64,000 nucleotides of DNA, taken from NCBI RefSeq assembly GCF_009914755.1, contig NC_060925.1. One strand, given 5' to 3'. Under the pieces are notes generated by a model that saw only the letters and a program-made list of their open reading frames with translations, was not told the DNA's origin and did not search any database. Of this stretch, positions 55,070 to 64,000 are shown piece after piece; the stretch's first letter is position 1, and each line of letters opens with the position of its first letter. This DNA is from the human T2T-CHM13v2.0 reference genome, Homo sapiens. The position numbers and the translations under genes are program-made.

Positions 55070-55290
55070 ACAGCATGGTGTAGCGGAAAGAGCTTGTGCT
55101 TTGAATCAGATCCAAATTAAAATACCTGTCCTTCTATTTACACGATGGGTGACATTGAACATAATCTTAACTTATCTGAGTATGCTTTCTCATCTGTAAA
55201 ATGGGAGTATTATCAAACTCATAATTCTCTTGTGAAGATTTTAAAAGTTATTGTATTCCCTCCCTGGCATTTAGTAGTCACATCATTAAT
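55070..55290 (+). mobile_element. MIR SINE (near full length)
   Basis: 'acagcatggtgtagcggaaagagcttgtgctttgaatcaga...tttctcatctgtaaaatggga'. Confidence 0.85.
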
Positions 55291-56109
55291 ATCATTTCCC
55301 ACATTCCACTGATAACTCTTTACTTCTCTTCCTCCCAGCTTTCAGATGATATAATGATAGAAAAGACACAGTCCTTGTCAATAAGACTCAGCTGAACACA
55401 CAATATAGAAGGGAAGAAAGGGTTATAAAGCGGAATCCTAATGAACAGAAGAAAGGAATAAGAGCTTCATCTGGAGTGAAAACAGTACACTGAGAATCAC
55501 AAGGCTTAATTCCATGGAAGGAGAGGGATTCTGAGGAGGAGCTCTATGGCAGTGCTATCTGAGCTATGTCTCAGAGGAGCAGGAGGACTTTGACAGGCCA
55601 AAAAGAGAGAGGGGAACTTCTTCCAGGCTGAGAGGAGAGCTGAAGCAAATCCATGCATGCTCAAAGGGGGGCAAGCAAGGCGATGTGTTCAAATTGCGCA
55701 AGGTGTTTAGAAGGGACACACAACATTTGCTGTATTGATTAGTGAGACAGAACTGCAGGGCCCTTACAGCACTGACTTTGTGTCGTCTTTCCAGCTTCTC
55801 ACCTTCCTCATCTGTAAACCTGAGATTTTTAAAAAGCAGCTACCTCATAGGAATGATCTGAATGAGAAAACAGATATAAAGGTTTGAATACATTGCCTGA
55901 TACTTAGCAATTGCTGACAGATAGTAGCTACCTTCATCACCAGCATCCTCGTTATTATTTCAGGTTTGGGGATGCCCGCTGGGAGGTGAACTAGGCTGAT
56001 GATATTATTCATAGATTTGGGGAATTTGCGAAATTTCCTGGTCTTCACTTTTACAGTGCTTGCTCCAAATTAAGAGATAGAAATGATGTTTTCCTTTAAT
56101 ATAACATTA

Positions 56110-56418
56110 TATCTTCCATATCCATGGGGATTAGCTCCAGGATCTCCATAGATAACAAAATCTAAAGATATTCAAGTTCTTTATATAAAATGGCATAGTA
56201 TTTGCATACAACCTATGTAATCCTGTAGTATACTTTAAATCATCTCTAGATTACTCGTAATACCTAATGCAAAGAAAATGCTATGTAATAGCTATTATAC
56301 TTGCATTTTAAAATTTGTATTATTTTTTAATTGTTGTATTTTTTGCCTAATATTTTCTATCCAATGTTGGTTGAATCCATGGATGCAGAACCTCAGATAT
56401 GGAGGGTGGCTGACTTTA
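56110..56418. mobile_element. MER2 (TcMar-Tigger) MITE
   Basis: Clearly homologous to the copy at 24952: 'ataaaatggcatagtatttgcat' and 'ctttaaatcatctctagat' are shared. Confidence 0.85.
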
Positions 56419-56545
56419 TATCCAAGAGGAATGAAAGCAGGGTCTCGAATAGATAGCTGTATACTCATTTCATACCAGCATCATTCACAATAGCCAAGAG
56501 GTGGAGGCAGCCCAAATGTCCACTGATGGATGAATGGATAAACAA
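56419..56545 (+). mobile_element. Short L1M (MB-like) ORF2-end fragment
   Basis: 'cagcatcattcacaatagccaagaggtggaggcagcccaaatgtccactgatggatgaatggataaacaa'. Confidence 0.85.
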
Positions 56546-56565
56546 CCTCAGATGGAAAACACACA

Positions 56566-56652
56566 CAGTTGGCCCTCCATAGCCTCAGGATTTTATCCAC
56601 AGTTGGTTGAATACACAGATGTGAAACCCACAGTCACAAAGGGCTGATTGTA
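56566..56652. mobile_element. Very short Tigger/MER2-related element (two TIRs)
   Basis: Begins cagttggccctcc and ends agggctgattg, followed by TA. Confidence 0.6.
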
Positions 56653-56959
56653 CATTTCAATTTATACATAGTCAAAATCCTTCAAGTTCATTTTCACTTT
56701 ACCTTTTTATATCTAGGAAATGTTTCCTTCTCAATCATGTGGAGACTTGTGCATGACAACCTTCTGCAAGTCACAGACAAGAGATGTGAAGTGAAGGGGC
56801 TTCCCATGGCTTTTTAACTTCTTTTCTAACTATACAACATATTTTATCATCATTCCCTCCTCTTGCTGAGGCCATCTCAACCTAAAGGCATTACTATTGG
56901 AACCTGTAGGAGGACATCTTTCAGTGCAAGCACAACTTAGTATTTGGTAAGAGGACATA

Positions 56960-57155
56960 TCATTCAGTGGAGAGAAGTTTAGTCCAGGGTTAAGAACGTG
57001 GACAGGCTCTGGGGTTAGAAAGATCTGTGTGTAAATGGGTCCCTTTACCTGTGTGACCTCAAGTAAGCCATGCACCTCTCTGAGCCTCAGTTGCCTCTTA
57101 CACAGAATGAGAATACTTGTCTAAAGGCTATTTTCAAGCTTAAATGAGAAAACAT
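56960..57155 (+). mobile_element. MIR SINE
   Basis: 'ggttaagaacgtggacaggctctggggttaga...cctctctgagcctcagtt'. Confidence 0.8.
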
Positions 57156-58009
57156 GGACACAAGGACACATGAACAATAGATATTGGTTCCTCCTTCACC
57201 TCTGCTCTTGCCTCTCCTCTGCCTTTGATCTATGTGTGTTCTTTTGATGGACTGCAGAAACACTCAGCCTTGCAAACATGTGTACTCTGACCATCCTAGA
57301 AGGTGTGTTGCAATAGGAGATTGCTGAAATCTCAGCACACCTGGGAACATTGTCTGCTCAGCAAACTTACACAAATAATGAAATCCCATCCTCTGAGTCA
57401 TTTACTGACTATCTGCAAAGACAAAGACTCTCCAGCTCCGTGAAAGAGCATATACGTAACCAGACTCACAGCATATCAAGGACTCAGAGGGCTAATGTGA
57501 AGAGCTTTGTTCTTCCAAACATAAAAATTCAGGCCCAGTCACTGCCAGAGGCAGCACACTGAGCTTAATGAAGCAGTGGGATGAACTAATATGGCAAATC
57601 TTATAGCTCTTACTACCAATATGGCCTACATCACGGTAAATTACAGCACCAGACATGATTGGACACACATCACAAAAGGAGAAGTAGCTGTCTGAATTGT
57701 AGGAATTTTGAATGCCACATAATAAGAATCTCAAGAGCCAACTCTTAGGGGAGATTTTTTTAAATTTTTTTTCTCCTTGTGCAAATAATTCTCCCCCACA
57801 TTATATAATAATTAATTCAACAAACATTTACTGATTACCTACCTTGTGCCAAGTGTACCAGGTGAGGAACTCATAGTTAATGGCATAGCATAGAAAAAAG
57901 AAAAATAATTATAGAAAAAATGGGGAAAGTGTGATAATTTTAGTAAGTACAGGGTGCTGTGAGACTCCTTAGAATCCAGGGGACTCAGGTGAGATTTTTC
58001 GTGGCCGTA

Positions 58010-59350
<1,341 letters not shown>

Positions 59351-60424
59351 GATGTATTGTCCTGTGGTGTATGCTGCCAGGGTTACAGTACAAGTTCAAG
59401 GAGGAAAAGAGCTATGTAGGTGAGTTTGGAGAAAGCCTGACTTCTAGCAAGGGAACCAGTTAGAACAAGGTGCTGAACTAAGTCACCAATTAAACCTGAA
59501 ACAGTTTATCTTCAGTGAATGACCACATCGAGTGAAGTGTCCTGTAATAAATTCATGACCGTGTGACCACAGAGAATACAGAAGTCTCTTTTCACCACAG
59601 CACATCATATGATCAGTCTTACCATAAAGAAGTAAACTGCTTGGCCCCAAAACATTACTCTCTGCCTCCAAACCCTTTGGCCCAAGAGCTCTACTGATCA
59701 AGTTCAGAAAAATTTATCTTTTCTTATAATTAAATCCTTGGTTTTGAATTTCTAAAGCTTACAAATCACAGAGTTCATATAGAATGATTAGCTCACCAAA
59801 ACCCTGCCAAGACAGAACAGCACCATAAATTTACATGATGTAGCTAATCAGTTTCTATGCTCCCATCTCCCCAGAAGAGTATAGCCCCTATAATTTTTTT
59901 CACATTCTCCAACTCTCCAGCATCAAGCCACAGGGCAAACCCACAGAATACATTCAGGGAAGATAGTACAGACTTCAGCACTGCTAAGACCTAGTGTATG
60001 GCAACTCAGACAGACAAGCCCCATGACCTGGGGCAAGTCTCTTGACCTCTGCAAACATTATTTTCTTATGTATTCAATGGGATGATGTAAGAGTTAGGCT
60101 TATTAGGGAAAATTTGTCTAAAATGGCTCATATGCAGGAAGCATACATGATGGCTATTAGTAAATCTTTGTAGCTTGACAACATGGTCCATTTTCCTTTG
60201 TACTTCTTATTCATTCCCTCAGTTATTCTTGGAGCAAGTATCCATTTGAAGAGGGACAAGTGTCTTTTTCTTACCAACTACCCCATATTCCTCTAGAGAA
60301 AAGGGTACCTTCTACCTCTCTATATTTCCTATACCACTAGAGATGTGCTGCCTCTCAGACATGGTGGGAGTTGGGGGCCACAGAGGAAAGGAATATTTCT
60401 TAATCTTGATTCTAGGTATAGAGT

Positions 60425-60635
60425 TTCAATGCTAGGTTTTTTATACTTGTGAACTCATGGAATCCTCACTGCAACACTCTAAGATACGAACTACTATTAT
60501 TTCCATTTTACAGATGAAGAAGTTGAGGCCCAGAAAGATTAGGTAGCCAGCCCAAGATAGGCAAGTAGAAAATGTGCTGAGCCTTGACTCCAACTTCAGT
60601 TTATCTAATTCTAAAACATGGGCTCTTTTCAGAAG
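60425..60635 (-). mobile_element. MIR SINE
   Basis: 'ctattatttccattttacagatgaagaagttgaggcccagaaag'. Confidence 0.8.
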
Positions 60636-62099
60636 TCTTCATTGTAAGGAAGAGGAAGCAAACACCCTGAGATGTTAATGAGGTGAATCCTAAGAACATA
60701 AGTTGTTTGGGATCTACTGAGTGGAAGGAGCTCCAGCCAGGGAGCCATTCCTGGGTTGCAACCCTGGCTCTGCCATTGCCCAGGGGAGTGACCACTGACA
60801 AATCATTTTCCTCTTGAGACCTCACCTGTGACAACCAGGCTGTGGCCTGCCACCAAACATTAACTTCTTATAACCTTTTATATATGTCAACTTCCAGAGA
60901 AGTTGTATATTCCAGAGAGGTTATTCACGTTTTAATGTATACAGACTTTCAGAGTATTGTGTTACTTATGTTTATTAAAATAAAAATGTACTTGCTTTTA
61001 GTCAGGAAGGCAATGAAAAGAGTTTTAATGAGAATCATCCTCATTATGATAAACATGGAATATTTTAATGAATAAAAATAAACTTGGAGTCAAAGTAAAC
61101 CTTATGCATTTTATGAACAGTAATAGGTTGGGAATGAATAAAAGCAGCAAAGTAGAAACACAATATTTTTTCAGGGAAAGACGAGACATAAATATCAGAA
61201 GGCCCCCTCCCCTGCGCCACCCTCCCAGCTCACAGTTCTTTAACTACAGCGTGGATGACTAGAGTCAGAATCTCCTTCTAAGGCATTTCTCTGTTCTGCA
61301 GAAGACCAAGCATAGGCTGGGCTCATGCTGGAGCTGGATAAATGTTTGTGGACAAAAGAACTAATTAATTAATGATGCCCCGTCCTACATTTCAAAATTG
61401 GGCAAGCAAATATTATCTCTACATCCATTTGGTGGCTGAGAAAAGTGAAGCTCAAAAAGCAGAGGTGACTTGTCTGAAGTTAGACCATGAGAGAGTGGGG
61501 GGCTTAAAGTATGAACCCAAATACCCAGTATCTTGATTGACCCCAGGCTGCCTCCTCTGCAGGACAAGAGCAGCATATAGAAGCAATGATAAATAAGCCT
61601 GATAAAAAGATTGTTTTCTTAAAAGATCATTCTCTCAGGATCCTGATGACCTAATGAGATAATCAATATGATGGCAATTTATAAGCTCCTATGAGGTAAG
61701 CCAATGTTAGCGGAAGTTACTTCCCAGGGCTAATGACCAGTTGAGCAGTCATGACCCTGAGTGTGACATTACTGAAACCATTCTTTAACCCAAACTGACT
61801 AGAATTTTTCAAGAAACCTCCAAAAGTTAGCACAGCTGCGAGTTACAGAAGGTTCACACTCGGTTTGATGTGACTTCAAACCTGAGGCATCTGCCCTGTG
61901 ATCACTGACTTCTGAATCCCATTAAAGCCTTGATTCTTGGAGCCAAAATTCTCCTGGGAGAAAATATGAAGGCAGCTTTTTGTCACTGTCATTGTGGTTA
62001 ATTGATGATCCCTGGGTATAGCACTAATATGAAATATAAGGGAAGTAAAAAAGTTTCACTATTTCCAGGTGTTTCTAGAAAATAAGGAGGTGATGGTGA

Positions 62100-62514
<415 letters not shown>

Positions 62515-62574
62515 CCCTCACCTTTCTAATGACAAGTGGAAATATTCACACACACATAAAAATACACAAACCCC

Positions 62575-62718
62575 TCCCTTTAAAGATAAGTGAAACCAGG
62601 CTCAAGGAGGCTAATTAACCTGTCTCTGGTTACACAGCACATAAAGAGAAGAGTTAGAACTAAAAACCAGGTCTGCTGTGCTCCAAAGTCAGTGCTCTTT
62701 CCACTACACTAAGCTGCC
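62575..62718 (-). mobile_element. MIR SINE
   Basis: 'agataagtgaaaccaggctc...ctccaaagtcagtgctctttccactacac'. Confidence 0.75.
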
Positions 62719-63599
62719 AGATGGCACTGACTGGAAGACTCCAGGCACTGCCCCCAGAAATATCTATCTGTTCATCATGGGACACGTTCCTCTACCATGA
62801 TCTTCCACTGAGTGCCCTAATACGGAGATTACAAATAACAAGAGTAGTGTCAACTGATTGTCCTCCTTTGATGGCAGGTAACGAACCTAAAAATATACAT
62901 TCTTTTCCTCAGGTCTTCCATCAAATTCCACTTCTGGAATGGGCACCATTTGACAAGCTGTATGTGCAGTGACACAATCCAATAAAAATAAAATGAAAAA
63001 AACAACTTTATTTTTCACTACTTACATCCCTCATTTGAATTGTGAATACTCTAGTTACATTTCATAAATCGCCTGCCTAGAAACTCATTTTGTGATGAAA
63101 TATGCCCCTATGTGACTTGTATTTGAAACCGTCTGGCTTGCTTTCAACAGCCTGGGTTAAAGAACTAGGGTGATAGATTTGTGAGGAACTCTAAAGGGCC
63201 TTTATGCCACTCTTTCTCACAATAGATGACCCAAATTGTCAGGTATTCTTTTTTCAGGAGTTAAAATATCTGCCCCAGGAGTCATCTAAATCTTAATAAG
63301 AGGGGGAAAAAAAACACTTCTATTTTGTAATATCAGGTAATAATATAGGAAACACACTAATGTCAAATAACAAAATAGGACATGAAACTGTATGAAGAGT
63401 ATGATGTCAACTACATATTATCCTGGAAGGCCAGTTTAAGGATGTAACTTCAGTTGTTAATAGTAGTTATTTTTGTTTTACGGAATTATGCATGGTTACT
63501 TTGTCCTTTCTAATTTCAGCAATAAGCATATATAGCTTTTAAAAAGTTAAATAATTGTAAAGAAAGTTAATATTTTCCAGAAATAGTCCTCAATATTAT

Positions 63600-64000
63600 T
63601 CAGCATTTCATTCCTACCAAAAATCATTATATGAGGATATAACATTAACTGATAAAAATCATTATATGAGAATATAACATTAACTAATACCAGACACAAG
63701 GTTTGTCCCAGAAAAGAAGTTATACACCAATCTTGCTGATAAATATAGATACAAAAACCATTCCTTAACCTAACGAATCAAACCCACCAGGGTGTAGAAA
63801 ATAATAGCATTACAACCAAGTAAGATTTACCCCAGAAATGAATATTTAAAAATCTATCAGTTAAATCTGCCACAGTATAAATTATAAGAGGAAAAATATG
63901 TATAATCATTGAAATAAATACAGAAAAAGCCTATGATAAAATTCAACATGCAAATTTAGAATTTAAAAACACTTCCTAGAAAATAATACATAAAGGGGAA
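63600..64000 (+). mobile_element. Old L1M ORF2 (reverse-transcriptase region) fragment, runs off the window end
   Basis: Degenerate L1 RT motifs: 'ccaatcttgctgataaatatagatacaaaa' (PISLMNIDAK-like), 'caagtaagatttaccccagaaatg' (QVGFIPGM-like), 'acagaaaaagcctatgataaaattcaacat' (AEKAFDKIQH-like). Confidence 0.8.
63619..63688. repeat. 35-bp tandem duplication (2 copies, 2 mismatches)
   Basis: aaaaatcattatatgag[g/a]atataacattaact[g/a]at at 63619-63653 and 63654-63688. Confidence 0.95.

Overview
This is primate, almost certainly human, non-coding genomic DNA: a 5'-truncated Alu carries all three right-arm diagnostic bases of the largely human-specific AluYa5 subfamily. The window is AT-rich and CpG-depleted and looks like a large intron or an intergenic tract. 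I find no credible protein-coding gene, RNA gene, CpG island or CRISPR-like array. The supplied ORFs are chance frames or come from Alu, L1, THE1 or microsatellite sequence. Content: 11 Alus, several L1 fragments, many old L2 and MIR fragments, ERVL/MaLR LTRs (MER21, MLT1, LTR33, LTR16), a THE1D provirus with a deleted 5' LTR and a nested L1PA, DNA-transposon relics (MER2, MER3, MER5A) and microsatellites. Repeat subfamily names come from my recall of consensus sequences, not from a search, and boundaries of old elements are approximate. I cannot support a previously undescribed biological system here. The best leads are the young AluYa5 lying 43 bp from an oppositely oriented AluS, a graded (CCTG)6(CCTT)14(CCCT)9 repeat, a CpG-retaining unique segment with a 22-bp near-palindrome, and a few candidate regulatory or exonic signals. 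The host gene or locus cannot be named from the sequence alone.
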